A stretch of DNA of 64,000 nt from the human T2T-CHM13v2.0 reference genome, Homo sapiens. Both the position numbers and the translations under genes were made by a program. The stretch lies in assembly GCF_009914755.1 (NCBI RefSeq), contig NC_060929.1. The stretch is one strand, 5' to 3'. Shown here in pieces: positions 46,417 to 61,959 of this stretch (its first letter is position 1; every line of letters starts with the position of its first letter). The notes beneath the pieces were generated by a model that saw nothing but the letters and a program-made list of their open reading frames with translations, was not told the DNA's origin and did no database searches.

Positions 46417-46974
46417 TGAAATTTTTGAAAGTATTTCCCTACACTTTAACCTAATCTTAAGCCACTAATACTGTTTAAGATTTAAAATTATCTTGGCAGT
46501 CGAAGAAGTAAAATCCAGAAAAGATAAATGACTTGCTCAAGATGGTTCCTGCCAAATCTAGAACCTTCATCCCATGGCCTCCTGGGATTGGGTTTTTTCA
46601 TAGACTATCGGCTTAAGTGCTTTTTGGAAATAAAAGAAAATGTAAATATATAAAAGATAAGAAAGCAAAATTGTATCTTCTCTGGGGTAGTTTAGCAGTA
46701 GTTCTGTCTTAAAGAGAATTAGACCAGAGAGATACCATTTCTAATTTGAAACTCTTTGGTTCTGTGAAATTGGTTAAAGAGGCTAAATTTGATACAAGAT
46801 CTGTCTCTATGTGATGAGCCCTTTGAATATTACTCAGTACATCACGGTGAGGGGTGGGTGGCCTCGTGTCTTTAGGACTCTTCCAGTGGCATGTGAGCAA
46901 TAGCATCTGTTACCATTTCTACATGAAATGATTGGCCAATCCCACAGGTTGGGCTGTCTCACTCACTGAGAAGC

Positions 46975-47190
46975 AGCAGGGCAGAGTGGTTAGGGAAAGG
47001 TGATGGAGTTGGATACCAGCATTTGTGTGTCTGCTCTGGCCACTTGCCAGCTGAGTGACTCTGGACCAGGATAATAGTGAAGATGACAACAATAATAAAA
47101 CCTGCCTCATAGGGCTGTTGTGAAGATTAAATGAGTTAATATTTGCAAAGAATTGAGAATAGCACCTGGCATATAGAACATGCTATACAA
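46975..47190 (+). mobile_element. MIR
   Basis: CCTGCCTCATAGGGCTGTTGTGAAGATTAAATGAGTTAATA...GCACCTGGCATATAG. Confidence 0.85.
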
Positions 47191-47194
47191 ACAT

Positions 47195-48125
<931 letters not shown>

Positions 48126-48835
48126 TGCATTTTTTAATATGTAAAATTATTGGAGGAATTTATTAACCAGCAGTCATATATCCAGTGTTGTTAAGTTGTT
48201 GCCTTAGTCTTTTTAAAGAGGAATGAGTAAAATATTTTGACGAAGGAAGATTTGGGAAATCTTCTGGTTAATCAGATGCTGGTTAATCAATGTTTACCAG
48301 CAAAGCCCTCCTTCTGTGTTTCTAGAACCCTCCTTCTGTGTTTCATCTAACCTCTCCTTGATCTAATACTCCCACCCCCATCCTTTGCACTCTACTTTTA
48401 AGGAGAAAGGCAAGTCATAGGTAGTAAGTTTATAACAAGAATTCGTTTAGAACCAAATGGCTTTTTGGTTTATGTACTGCAGTGTGTAAAAAATGGGTTG
48501 GCTCAGTTTCATCTACCAAATTAGAATGATCCTACCCTCCAAGTGTATTGTAAAACTTTTATGAACAGACTTAGCATATCCAGCATAAAAGTAGCCCATC
48601 CGTGAAAAAAGATGTGGGGAAAAAACAGATGGAATGAGAAAGTTCTGGTTCCTCTCTGGCCTGTGTTTTCCCTCTGGCCTGTGTTTTCCCTCTTGACGTG
48701 CTTCCTTACTTTGTGAGCACAAGTTTCAGTGGGTGCCAGGGGCACCAGTGCATTAAGAAGGTCATGCCTATTTTGCGACCAGTTTCCAGAAGGCTCTGCG
48801 GATCACAGAGATTGGTAGTAACATGGGGCATAGCC

Positions 48836-49263
48836 CAATTCAGCAGGAAACAGTTAAGAGCCGTTGTCGGCCAACCTCCCCAACAGCACTTGGGTTTTCC
48901 TGTTGAGAGCAGGGACTGAGAGACAGGACTAGCTGGATTTCCTAGGCCAACTAAGAATCCCTAGGCCTAGCTGGGAAGGTGACCACATCCACCTTTAAAC
49001 ACGAGGCTTGCAACTTAGCTCACACTCGACCAGTCAGGTAGTAAAGAGAGCTCACTAAAATTCCAATTAGGCAAAAACAGGAGGTAAAGAAATAGCCAAT
49101 CATCTATCGCCTGAGAGCACAGGGAGAGGGACAGTGATCGGGATATAAACCTGGGCATTCAAGCCGGCAATGGCAACCCCCTTTGGGTCCCCTCCCATTT
49201 TATGGGAGCTCTGTTTTCATTCTATTAAATCTTGTAACTGCAAAAACAAACAAACAAACAAAA
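48836..49263 (+). mobile_element. HERV-W processed pseudogene fragment: env 3' end + PPT + LTR17 U3-R + A-rich tail, 16-bp TSD
   Basis: CCAATTCAGCAGGAA.CAGTTA (env end), LTR start TGAGAGACAGGACTAGCTGGATTTCCTAGGCC at 48917, GATATAAA ~49142, ATTAAA 49224, ends AACTGCA + A-rich tail with no U5; AACATGGGGCATAGCC at 48820-48835 and 49264-49279. Confidence 0.93.
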
Positions 49264-49839
49264 AACATGGGGCATAGCCACGTCCGTCGAGAGCTGCCAG
49301 AATCGGTGGGTCTAGGGTCTTGAATAAGATGCTTCTTCCCAGGAATGATGCCTCCCAGCTGGGTTCCCTAAGCTGCCTGCACATGTTTGACCAAGTGTGA
49401 GCTAAGCTGGGGTGGGTGCTTGGTTGGTTAAACATGAAGTTGCTTATGTGGCCTGAGACCTCTGTGCTGTTAAACCAGGAGCTGCTGGTATGCAGACCTA
49501 TGCAGCCCGTGGGGTACACATAGCACATCTTCTCAAAAATGCCAATTTTACTAAGTTTGGGGGTGGGAACCCCTTCTATTTTAAATACTGAAACACAGAT
49601 AAATTGTGGATTAAAATGAAAAATGGATGATTTTTTTAAAAGGGTGAGACAGACATGATACTTTATGCTAATTGGACTTTGAGCTGTGCCCCCAAATATT
49701 CCTTTTCACCCCTTGTTCATTCCATGTGTTTCCTCTCTTCTGCATGTAGGGTTTTCTATGAAAAAGCTTATTGCTGCACAATTTGGGAAGCCTGGGGATG
49801 TGTGGAGGTCCAGAGAGACTCAGAAAGGCTGGTTTGCAT

Positions 49840-50010
49840 CTCCTCAGGGTAGCGTGGCTGGTAAGAGTCAGACTGCTGCATGGCTGTGCTCGCCATGTGT
49901 CATCTGTGATCTTGGACAAATGGTTGGGCTGTCTCAAGCCTCTGTTTCCACTCTGTAAAGTGGGAATAATACCAGTGTCATAGGATTGTTGTGGGTTAAA
50001 TGCTGTGCAA
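49840..50010 (+). mobile_element. MIR
   Basis: TGTGATCTTGGACAA...GCCTCTGTTTCC.CTCTGTAAAGTGGGAATAATA..CATAGGATTGTTGTG. Confidence 0.8.
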
Positions 50011-53000
50011 TGAAGAGGAGCTGGTGCTGGCTTTGTCTGTGTCTGTGGAAGGGTGGATAAGGAGATGAAGCCTCACCTGCTGCTTCTATTAGTGCCTCTC
50101 CTAGCCCTCTATCCTTACTTATTCATGTAGCAAGGTCTCTACATGCTGGAATTCACAGCCTTCTTTTATTGCTGGATCTCTTCTCTCTGCCCTTTGTCTC
50201 CCCTTAGATAACTCTAACTCCTCCAGACCTGATATCAAGATGAAAGGAAGGCTGGCTTGGGATCTGGAGTAGCTGAAGATCTGGAGTACCTGAAGACTAC
50301 TCCAGAGGACTTTACCTCCAAGGGCAAGAAACCCATCTGGTGTGCTGCTCAAGGCTCTCCATAAGTGGAAGCATCAGGATAGTAGTGGGTGGAGCACTAG
50401 GAGAGGAAATGGGGAAGCAAGGATTTTGAAGGGCAGATGAGAGCCATTATCTTTAATCTCCATCCCCATTCCCATGGGTGCAGCTCTAAACATGTTGCAA
50501 GAAAAAGCAGATCCACATGGACTATGAATACTGGTCAACTGGCAAAATGAGCTTGGTTTGAGTATTAAATTAATAGTAATTATTATAATATCATCAGTGA
50601 CTTAACAATTGATGCCCAGTGAACTGTACATGATTCTCTTGCAGGTATGTGTATTATTAGGTGTTCCAAGTCAGCCACCTTGAAAGAACTTTTATCAATA
50701 GAATGAACATCTGCCCAGCTTCTTGATTTTGAGCTGTCACCTGATCTTCTCACTTTCATCTCACAACCGTACTCCTCTCATCTACCCAGCTTAGAAACAG
50801 CTGTAAAATGACCTGGGGGTCTCCCTTCACCTATTCTGGAGAAGCTCAAAGACTTGGAAGGGTGGAGGGGAATGGCCCTCTTAGCTGTGTCCATAAAACA
50901 GAGACTTTGAAGGCTGAGGATTGGGACAGAAATGTGCCTTGATGTGTGTGTACGATTTCTCTATTCTTGTCTTCACTTCTCCAGATGTGTTTTGCACCTA
51001 ACTTCCTTTCTCTCCCGTCCTTCAAACCTGACTTCAAACTCTCTTCATCTAGAAAACTGGCTCTGATTAATCCCATTATTGAACAACCTCTTTTCCCTCC
51101 CTCGGCTTTTCTATTCTTTCTACTTTAATGAGTTGGTACTTTTTCCAAAGGAGCTTTATAACTTTTCTCCAGCTGTTAAATGGGTCTTCTCCTGTTAGAT
51201 TGTAAACTGAGGTACAAAGTCCTTCTTCCACCTTATCCCTTTTCTCTACCCATGAAGTGCCCTGCAACTATTTAAACATTAGTTAGAGACTTTGCCATGT
51301 ATCAGAAGAAACACATTCTGTTGTTGTATTTATTGGTTTTAATTATAAAGCAGTTGGAATGCATTTTAGGATTCTGAATCTCCATAATTCTCTGCCAGCA
51401 CTTTGCACCTAGTGGACCATTAGTAGGAATAATTTTCCATCCCTGCCTAGCTTCATAATTGTAGACACTTCTGCTGCACAAATGCTGGCAGGGCTCTCAT
51501 GACTTAATTCTGAAATTGTATTTAGTGGCTAATACACAGAGAAGATTTGGCTATCTCCTCTGGTCTGCAGCTGACATGTGGCATGAGGGAATTTACATAC
51601 AGTACCACGATCCAGTTCCCAGCCAAGAATTAAACGCCTGGAGGAGATCAGTTATTTAAATCTGAAGCAGTACAGCATGAATTATATTTAAGGTAGTTGC
51701 TGTTCTGGCTCTTGTATAAAGTTCTTTCAGCTCTGGGCTAAAGAATCATAATACCTGAAAACCTTCATGTCTGTTGTATGTTTATAAGAACATCCTTTTC
51801 TAAACTTGGGACCATTTACTTTCTGAGAGCAGTGGTACTGCATGTTAGAACAAAAAGCACACAACAAGCCAAAACCAAAATGTTTGCAGCTTTGTTGCCC
51901 TAGTGGGGTAAATTCTTTCCCATGAGAGAGCTGTTCTCTGTGTATTTTATACACTTTCCAAGTAGTTTACACAATCACGGGTTGTATACATTATCTTCAG
52001 CCTGCAAACTCGATGTGAACCTCACCCACTCTTGCCAACCCAACTCCCTTCCCACATCAGCCATTCCGTTTCCTCCTACTGCTTCCTGTGCTGTTGACCT
52101 AAAAGAATAAAAATGTTTGCACTAATATAATAGGGTACCTCCAAAACATAAAGGTCAGTGAAGACTAAACAAAAACCAAGAATAGTTTTAAATACACACC
52201 AACTCTATAGAGCAATCTATTAGCTCTAGGACCTTGAGTAAAGCACTTAACCCATTTGAATCTTAGTTAAGTGGAGGTAATAATAGGAGGTAATAATATT
52301 TGTCCCATCTATCTGATGAGAGCTGTTTTAGTCATATGAGAGAATTTATGTGGTAGCACTTTATAAATATGTACTACTTCTATGAAACTGAAGAGCTCAG
52401 CATGTTTGGTTCAAGTCTTGCTGCTTGCTGTTGGCACCATATGCAGTGTTTTATGACTTCTCATGAGTCTGGTCTCCTTACAAACCCTAAATGTGTGTAC
52501 CTGAGCTGATTTTCATATCCTACTTAAACCAGAGAAACTTCTTGCTAATGAGAACTAGCCTAGGTGGCTTTAGTCCTGAATCTAATCACATTGAAATATA
52601 TTCTTGATCCATGACTGTATTGTCAACATATCCCCATTTGCATAGTATGATCCACTTGAGAGCTGAGTTTTTGGCAATATTTTTTAAATTTCCCTGAATC
52701 ATGTGTTAATTCACACTCACTAACAGCATATGCTTGCATTAATAGCACCCGTCTGTTCAACATCATAGTCTTCTAATTGTGTCTGTTATATTAAACTTCT
52801 CTTCCAAATATAAGTTTTGACTTAAAGTCAGCTCCTTAGTATATCCCTGGAACAGTGAAATGCCTTTATGTTTTGTCCCCTTAATTGAACAAGCTTGTCT
52901 TTATGTAAATTGGCATATTGGGGTGACTTTCTGGTGCCAAGCCATGGCTTGTTTCCACCTCCACCATCTGAAGTCACGAAGTGTGCTGGCTGTTACTTGT

Positions 53001-53463
53001 TGACTTCCTTTTTCTTCCCCCATACCGTGCTCCTCTTCCTCTTGTTCCTTCTATTGCCAGTCCTGCCTATGAAAAGCATCACCATGTTTTTCTTTCTTCT
53101 TCTAATTTGGATTTCATGTCACACAGGCTTGCTGCAGCCTTCTCGTCACTGTCCAGGTTAGGTTCCCTTCCATTCATTCTCTTTCACTCACCTCTTACCC
53201 TACCTGTTTTCTCCCATTAGCCTGTCACACCCACGCTATCTCTTTAGGCCGTTGGGCCTTCTAATAAGATATCATGGCATTAGTCATCTTCTGATCACTT
53301 CCTCTCTGCTGCCTTTGAACTTCTGTGATTTTTAAAAATACGGTAAAACTGACTAAATATTCATTGTACATTTTGAATGACCATGATCCTTTTCTAGAAG
53401 TTCAGATAGATCAGTTAGATGCATGAAAGTCATCCTTTGCAGTGGACCTGGTATTAATGCTTA

Positions 53464-53949
<486 letters not shown>

Positions 53950-53988
53950 TTATAGGCGTGAGCCACCACGCCCAGCCCTTGTTTTTTT

Positions 53989-54160
53989 CTTTTCTTTTTT
54001 TTTTTTTGTTTGTTTTTATTATACTTTAAGTTCTAGGGTACATGTGCACAACATGCAGGTTTGTTACATATGTATACATGTGCCATGTTGGTGTGCTGCA
54101 CCATTAACTCATCATTTACATTAGGTATATCCCCTAATGCTATCCCTCTACCCTCCCCGC
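53989..54160 (-). mobile_element. Very short L1PA 3' end insertion, adjacent to an Alu 5' fragment (53919-53977)
   Basis: TTATACTTTAAGTTCTAGGGTACATGTGCACAAC...CCTAATGCTATCCCTC; TSD CAGCCCTTGTTTTTT at ~53973 and ~54172. Confidence 0.9.
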
Positions 54161-54668
54161 AGGAAGGGGGACAGCCCTTGTTTTTTCTTTTGATCTTATT
54201 ACAACCCTGGCATTCCTCATGTGATCTAATTTGTCAATATTGAATATTAATTTTTTTCTGTTGCTGGACTATATTTGAGATTTTTGGATCTCTGAGAAAA
54301 AAGCCTATAATTTTACTTTTTATACTTTCAAGATAGTAACATTAATTTTATGTGGTTTTCAGGGAAAAACAAATTCACACAAATCTATCTGCTGATTAAC
54401 AAGATATCTATAATAATAGCGACACTCTCAGAAAAGCAACACCCTCAGAAAAGCCTAATGGCTGCTGATGTCATCAAGCATTTACATGCAGGGAGATAGT
54501 GGCACTTCAGTTTAGTAGAAAGATCATGAACTTTGGAACCAGTTGTTTTGAATCCCAATTCTGCCATTTACCTGTTTTTATGATCTTAGAATTACCAAAG
54601 ACTAAATTAGCTAACCTCTCTGAGTTTGTTTCCTATTCGAAAAATGTATTTTCCAATCAATTCCTATC

Positions 54669-54976
54669 TTTTTTTTTTTTTTTTTTTTTTTGAGATGGAG
54701 TCTCGCTCTGTAGCCCAGGCTGGAGTGCAGTGGCGCAATCTTGGCTCACTGCAACCTCCGCCTCCCAGGTCCCAGTTAAGCAATTCTCCTGCCTCAGCCT
54801 CCTGAGTAGCTGGGATTACAGGCTTGCGCCACCATGCCTAGCTAGTTTTTATATTTTTAGTAGAAACGGTGTTTCACCATGTTGGTCAGGCTGGTCTTGA
54901 ACTCCTGACCTCATGATCCACCCGCCTCGGCCTTCCAAAGTGCTGGGATTAAAGGTATGAGCCACCGCACCCAGCC
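54669..54976 (-). mobile_element. AluS-like
   Basis: Dimer, TSD TCAATTCCTATCT. Confidence 0.94.
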
Positions 54977-56046
54977 TTCAATTCCTATCTTAAAGAGGAA
55001 TGCAGGGACTAAGAAGTAATATATGCAAAATATGTGATGTAGTAAGTGCATGTTAAGTATTAATCCTTTCTGTCTGTGTTTTTTTATTAACACATCATAA
55101 AGAGCTTACATTGATTAGAGGAATAAGTTATGTGCTGTATAATATACAGAAAAAAAACCCACTTGTAACCAAGAGATTGTTTTATTTTCTTGCATGTACC
55201 ATTGAATCATGTGTGATCTATTTTTTCATTTTTCCTAATAGTCAAGGGAAAATTAAGCCAAGGCTCACTGTTCCCTTGTCTTCTAAAGCCTCCAACTTTG
55301 TAGGAATATCCTCTGCTATTTTACTATTTGGGGTGGTTTTTGTGAGGATAGGGACAGGGTGTTAGCAGTGACTTGCTACTCCTTGGGAACAGCCCAGAGG
55401 ACTGTTGTTATAAGACCTGCTAATTCTGCTTAACAGTTGTAAAATATTATTATTTCTATGGGGCATTAAAGTTTATGTAAATATCTGGGTCTTTAAACTA
55501 TTCATTATCTATAGAGAATAGGGAGAATTACTTTAGGATTGGTTCTAAATAACTTGAGACATTTTGCCCTGACCAACAGTTAAAGCATAAAAGGTTCATA
55601 CCGAGTCATAGGGAGTTGAGTTTCTTTCCCTTCTTCTAAATATAGTAGAAGCTTATCCAAACTAAAGATTTTTAAATTACCTTCTGTTGTTGGAGTTAAA
55701 TTTTTTAAATTGGCCTTGGAAACTTGACACTTCATTCTTTCTTACTGAGATCTGTATGGGGATGGGAGGACAGAGTGTATAGGAGCAGGCAGTGGGCAAA
55801 TGGAATTTTCTCTGTGCCTACTTGGTAATAAGTAAGAGGTTTGGTTTCCAAACTGTGTCTTGAAATTGTAATTGTCCAAGAAATCCCAAATCTAGGAATC
55901 ATTGCCTATAATTCTTCCAAATTAAGCAGGGTTCTAGATACACCCCACCCACAAACCCAGTCTGCAGGCCAGCCCTCTGTATATGGGCCTTAATGTCTCC
56001 ATGGGCTGCTTTGGGTTTCTAGATAATGAAAAAAGAAATTAGATAT

Positions 56047-56789
56047 ATATATATTTTTTAATTATTATTATACTTTAAGTTTTAGGGTACATGTGCACAA
56101 TGTGCAGGTTTGTTACATATGTATACATGTGCCATGTTGGTGTGCTGCACCCATTAACTCGTCCTTTAGCATTAGGTATATCTCCTAATGCTATCCCTCT
56201 CCCCTCCCCCCACCCCACAACAGTCCCCAAAGTGTGATGTTCCACTTCCTGTGTCCATGTGTTCTCATTGTTCATTTCCCACCTATGAGTGAGAACATGC
56301 GGTGTTTGGTTTTTTTGTCCTTGCAATAGTTTGCTGAGAATGATGGTTTCCAGTTTCATCCATGTCCCTACAAAGGACATGAACTCATCATTTTTTATGG
56401 CTGCATAGTATTCCATGGTGTATATGTGCCACATTTTCTTAATCCAGTCTATCATTGTTGGACATTTGGGTTGGTTCCAAGTCTTTGCTATTGTGAATAG
56501 TGCCGCAATAAACATACGTGTGCATGTGTCTTTATAGCAGCATGATTTATAATCCTTTGGGTATATACCCAGTAATGGGATGGCTGGGTCAAATAGTATT
56601 TCTAGTTCTAGATCCCTGAGGAATCACCACACTAACTTCCACAATGGTTGAACTAGTTTACAGTCCCACCAACAGTGTAAAAGTGTTCCTATTTCTCCAC
56701 ATCCTCTTCAGCACCTGTTGTTTCCTGACTTTTTAATGATTGCCATTCTAACTGGTGTGAGATGGTATCTCATTTTGGTTTTGATTTGC
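56047..56789 (-). mobile_element. Young primate L1PA (L1PA4/5-like), 5'-truncated, ~740 bp
   Basis: ORF2 C-terminus [63 protein letters not shown] plus 3' UTR; TSD AAGAAATTAGATAT (56033 and 56790). Confidence 0.95.
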
Positions 56790-56905
56790 AAGAAATTAGA
56801 TATTCTTATTCAGATTTACACAGCGGACCAAATGAATTTTTCTCTTGTGTGAAATTTATAAATAATTCTTCTATTCTGGAAAGACATCCTGGGTTTGGAG
56901 ACTCA

Positions 56906-57240
<335 letters not shown>

Positions 57241-58561
57241 GAACAAACAAAACCAACAAGTGTTAAGTAGATGTTTGTAAGTATGAAAATAGTTTGGGGA
57301 CTTTTGTATGAAAGTGGGATTAAGGAACCCTCTTTCATGTGTAGATCCTGATGCCATGTACATTGAAAGCATATTTGCAGAAAAGGATAAATTATTTTCG
57401 TAAAGCCTAAACTATCTCTCCATTTTCCTGCATAATTATGACAAGCTTCTTAACTATTCCAGGCCCTAGTGACCTCACTGCAACAAAGAGGGTATTGGCA
57501 GCCAATCAGGAACTCTAACTCTTGTTGGTAAACTTGTCTTGTCACTGTTAGTTACCCTCACTTCTCCACCTGGGAAATTCTTCTAATGCCAAACTTGAAG
57601 ATTTGGGGCTTTGTGTTATTATGGTAGGTGGCCATAGTCGCTTACAGCCTTGTCTAACCCGAATATCCTCTGAAGTTGTGTGTTGATTTATAACTTTGGA
57701 AGGTTCTTAGAAATGTGTCATGGGGGAACAGTTCCAGGAATGATGTGGAAGGCAGGCTTTCCATAAAGTTCCCCTGCCCTTAGTATCTTGTGTGACTATT
57801 ATGAGAGCAGCAAACTTCGTAGGACTAAACTTGGAAGGACACAGCATCTCTGCCTTGAAGCACAAAGTTGAGCACACCATTCAGCAGCCTTTACTAAGCA
57901 CCTATTATTTCTTTTGCCCTTGGTAGGGATATAGAAATGGATGAGACTCGAGGGCCTGTGCTCAGTGTCTCATAATTTTAGTGTCTTGATGAAGCCATGT
58001 TTTTAACATGGGGGTGGCAGTCTCTTTCATCGTTTCAGATTCTTTAGAGTGCCTGTGAATACGTATTGGTTTACTAACAACTTCGGCCTAGGGTTTGCCT
58101 ATTTTTCAAAAGAAAATTCAGTTTAAGGAAGTTTGATTATGTAGTCCTTTAAAGCTTAAGATTAAGCAGTTGTGAAATACTTTTGGAAGCTGGTATGAAG
58201 CAGGAATGTACCACGGGTCAAATTTACAGAGGGTATCAGCTTACCTGAAATCTTGGACTTTAGGTTCTCTCATCTTTATATTCCATTCTCCCATTCCCAC
58301 CCCAGTTTTAGTGTCTTGGAATCAGTTCTCTTCCTTCTAGTGTGTTCTTTGATGTATAAATGCCATCTCTGATAACTATTCTTTAAGTTGTGAGAGGGGG
58401 CAGATATCCTTTTAGGTATTTTCTTCCAGATAAAAGCAGTTCCCAACTCTTAGAAGATGGTTCAATGAACAATTGAAATGAATTATCTATTCAAGTATAC
58501 TTAGGATTCCTTGTAGAAATTTTGAAACACATAGAATAACAATGTGTATTTATAATGCTAA

Positions 58562-58700
58562 GGCTGGGCACCATGGCTCACTCCTGTAATCCCAGCACTT
58601 TGGGAGGCGTAAACTGGAGGACTGTTTGAGCTCAGGGGTAAGTTCAAGGCCAGCGTGGGTAACATAGTGAGACCTTTTCTCTACTGAAAATAAATAAAGG
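58562..58700 (+). mobile_element. FLAM monomer
   Basis: Single Alu monomer. Confidence 0.82.
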
Positions 58701-58745
58701 TTAAATTTTTAAAAATACAAAATAAATGCTAAATTGTGGACATAT

Positions 58746-59018
58746 TTTTTTCTTTCTTTCTTTCTTTTTTGAGACAGGGTCTTGCTTTGTCACCCAGGCT
58801 GGAATACAGTGGCGCGATCATAGTTTGCTGCAGCCTCCACTTCATGGGCTCAAGTAATCCTGCCTCAGCCTTCCGAGTAGCTGAGACTATAGGCTTGCAC
58901 CACCACACTCAGCCAATTTTTTGTATTTTTTTGTAGAGATGGGGCTTCACCATGTTGCCCATGCTAGTCTCAAACTCCTGAACTCAAGGGATTCATTCAC
59001 CTTGGCCTCCCAAAGTGG
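58746..59018 (-). mobile_element. AluJ-like
   Basis: Antisense dimer, 5' end eroded. Confidence 0.9.
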
Positions 59019-61410
59019 TGGGAGCTACCCCAGCCGGACATATTTCTATGAATTGGTAATTCCTGGTTTTCTGCTTTTCCTTGAAGAGAAACACCCTAAA
59101 TAATACCCTATTACAGAACAGATTCCAAGCCCTGGTTTTGGGGCCTCTTGCCAACCCTCCCTTCAATATATCCCTCAAATCTAAGCATTTCGTAATTATG
59201 CCAAACTTTCAATTGTTTAATAAAAACTTTGAGAGACCTTTTGAGTCATATTCATCACTTTGTGTTCCATCTCCATAATAAACTGGCACCAAGCAGCCAC
59301 TCAAATGTTTGTTGAACAAATGAGTGAATTTTAATACAAAGTGTATGGTGGCCTTGGTGTCTCTGTGTGAAGGTAGCAGGTAGAGAATAGGGGAAATTAA
59401 ACAGCGACCATGTCAACTCCTTATTGAATTAGGTAGATTTTGGGCTATTTTTACATTGGATTTTGTACGTGTTCTTTGGGAAATGGACTCCTAAAGGACC
59501 CTTTCATTTCTAATTTATACTTCTATTTCAAAATACTCTCTAACAACTTGCTTTCATTCTGCTCCTTGAATCTGTGAATAAGCCTTATTGTGTAATTTTC
59601 ATAGAATGCAATTGCTTTGAACTGTCATCTGATGCTACAAGTGGTATTTTGTGAGTTGCTAATACATCAGAAAGCTGTGTTCTTCACAATGTCCTCATGT
59701 TTTTTGTGGTTCACGGCAGCAAGTAAAGATGAACTGTGGAGGTTGCAGTTAATCAAGTTACTTTAAAATGAAAAGAATTTTGAAGCCACTTAAATGACCT
59801 GCTTCTTGGGCTTGGCAGTGACAAGTCCCTTCCTGGGCCCACTTAGATTTAACAGCAGGAGGTACTGGGCAAAGAATAAGGGCTGCAATGTTGACAGACC
59901 TTAGTTCCGGCCCTGGCTTTACCATTGACCCAGCAAATAGCTGTGGGCAGTCCCTTTCCCTTGCTTGACTTTGGTTTCCTCATTTATAGGAAAGAGATAA
60001 TGCCTATCTCTGAGGGTGATCATGAGAACCACAGAACCACACAGTAACATATGGAAACGTCCTTTATAGGCAGTAAAGCCACATCTTAAGTGAATTATTT
60101 TATTAGCTCCATGATGGATCTTTAAATGACAGTGTTATTATCCATGCCAGTGGTTCTTATCAAAAGCCACTACTTAGTAAATATTGAGTAATGCAGAAAT
60201 ATTTGCAGGCAGTCTCTGTGGCCCAGAAGGACTTGCTTTTGCTGTTAAGATTTTCTCAAATTCCCTAACCTTCCTAGACTTACAATTTGACAGTAGATTA
60301 TGAAAGGTGTTCTCTCCCATTCAAGGAAGGTGAGGCCAAAGTGTGTGTAGTTAGAAAGTCAGTGGGCCAGGCAGAAGGTCAGAAGGCAAGGAATGGGTAT
60401 GTACAAGGAAGTCCCATGAGGGTACACATTTTTTATACTTATTACCCTGTGTCTGGTGCTTTGACTCACATGTGGCACATAGAACCTACGAATTGAACAT
60501 TAGTTGAGTAAAGTCCACAGAATGGTGCTATCTTTGCTCCATTAATGATCATACTCTTATTGAGTGTAAATAAATAAAATTACCTCACAGAGATATTTTG
60601 GAGCCCTTTGGGAGCCTTTCCCGATAAGATATTTTATTTTTTCATCATATATTTTTACAGAGCATGCAGCCTGTGCAGGGAGGTGTGCTGGGCACCATGA
60701 GGACACAAATACGTCTTCTAGGAGTTTACTGTTAACCAAAGCAGGATAGGAGGGCATTTTGAGCTGAGACAATCAGGAAGACTTTGGGAAGAAAAGTGCC
60801 CACTGGGTCAAGCCTGGAAGATAGGTAGGATCCCACTAGATGGGGTCAATATGTTGCAATTGCAATTTAAAGCTTTGTGGGTGTGTATTTTAATTCACAC
60901 ATTAAGTAAAATCTCTTATTTGGACAGGATGATAACAGAGTTTGGGAGCCCCTCAGCAGCTGTCCTGGGCTGGTACAATATTGCATGGTTTGTGGAGGCA
61001 GTTGTGGGCAGAGGCCGAGGGACGGGGTTCTGCTGGGGCTTCTGTCTTCTGCTGGGGGGTTAGTTGAGGCCGGAAGGGTGCAGCAGCATAGGAAAGATGG
61101 GGAGAGCACCGCCTTTTTAATGTGACTCCAGTGCCCACTCTTCCAAGTTGGGGATGGTGTGACAAGCACATGGGCTCCCACTAGGAGTTTTATTTTGGAT
61201 CCAAACCTTACTGTTTCTGAAGTACTTACTATAAAATGAAAATATCCTGTCAGAAATGGGAAAGTCTTTAAGCTGAAATTAAAAAGAGAAACTGGAAATC
61301 ATGAGGTATCTTGGGGATTAACTGTTCAGAACAGTAGAGATGGAGGATTAGGTGATGGTATGTGAGTGTGGCAGGTATCATTTAAGAAAACACAGGGAAA
61401 GAAATATAAC

Positions 61411-61701
61411 TTTTTTTTTGAGACAGAGTCTCATACTGTCACCTAGGCTGGAGTGCAGTGGTGCCATCTCAGCTCACTGCAACCTCCGCCTCCTGGGTTG
61501 AAGCGATTCTCCTGCCTGAGCCTCCTGAGTAGCTGGGATTACAGCTGGGATTACCACCGCGCCTGGCTAATTTTTGTATTTTTAGTAGAGATGGGATTTC
61601 ACCATGTTGCCCAGGCTAGTCTGGAACTCCTGACTCAGTAATCTGCCTGCCTCGACCTCCCAAAGTGCTGGGATTACAGGCGTGAGCCACCGTGCCTGGC
61701 C
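61411..61701 (-). mobile_element. AluS-like
   Basis: Antisense dimer with local AGCTGGGATTAC duplication. Confidence 0.93.
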
Positions 61702-61959
61702 TAAAAATTATAATTTTTAAAGTCTATTCATTATGGAGTAATGATGAGCTCACTTAGTGAGGATTCACTGGAAGGTAGTTTTTCTGTACGCGCAGAGTGC
61801 TATCTATGTGCAAGGAGCCCTGACAAATTGGCAGGAGACATGAAGATGATCAAAAGCTTCCTCTAAGGATCCCCTAGTTTGGAGAGACAGACAGACTGAT
61901 TTACAGTGGGGGGCTTTTCTGATGAGTGATGTAATAAAAATGTGAACTAAAGTGCCAAG

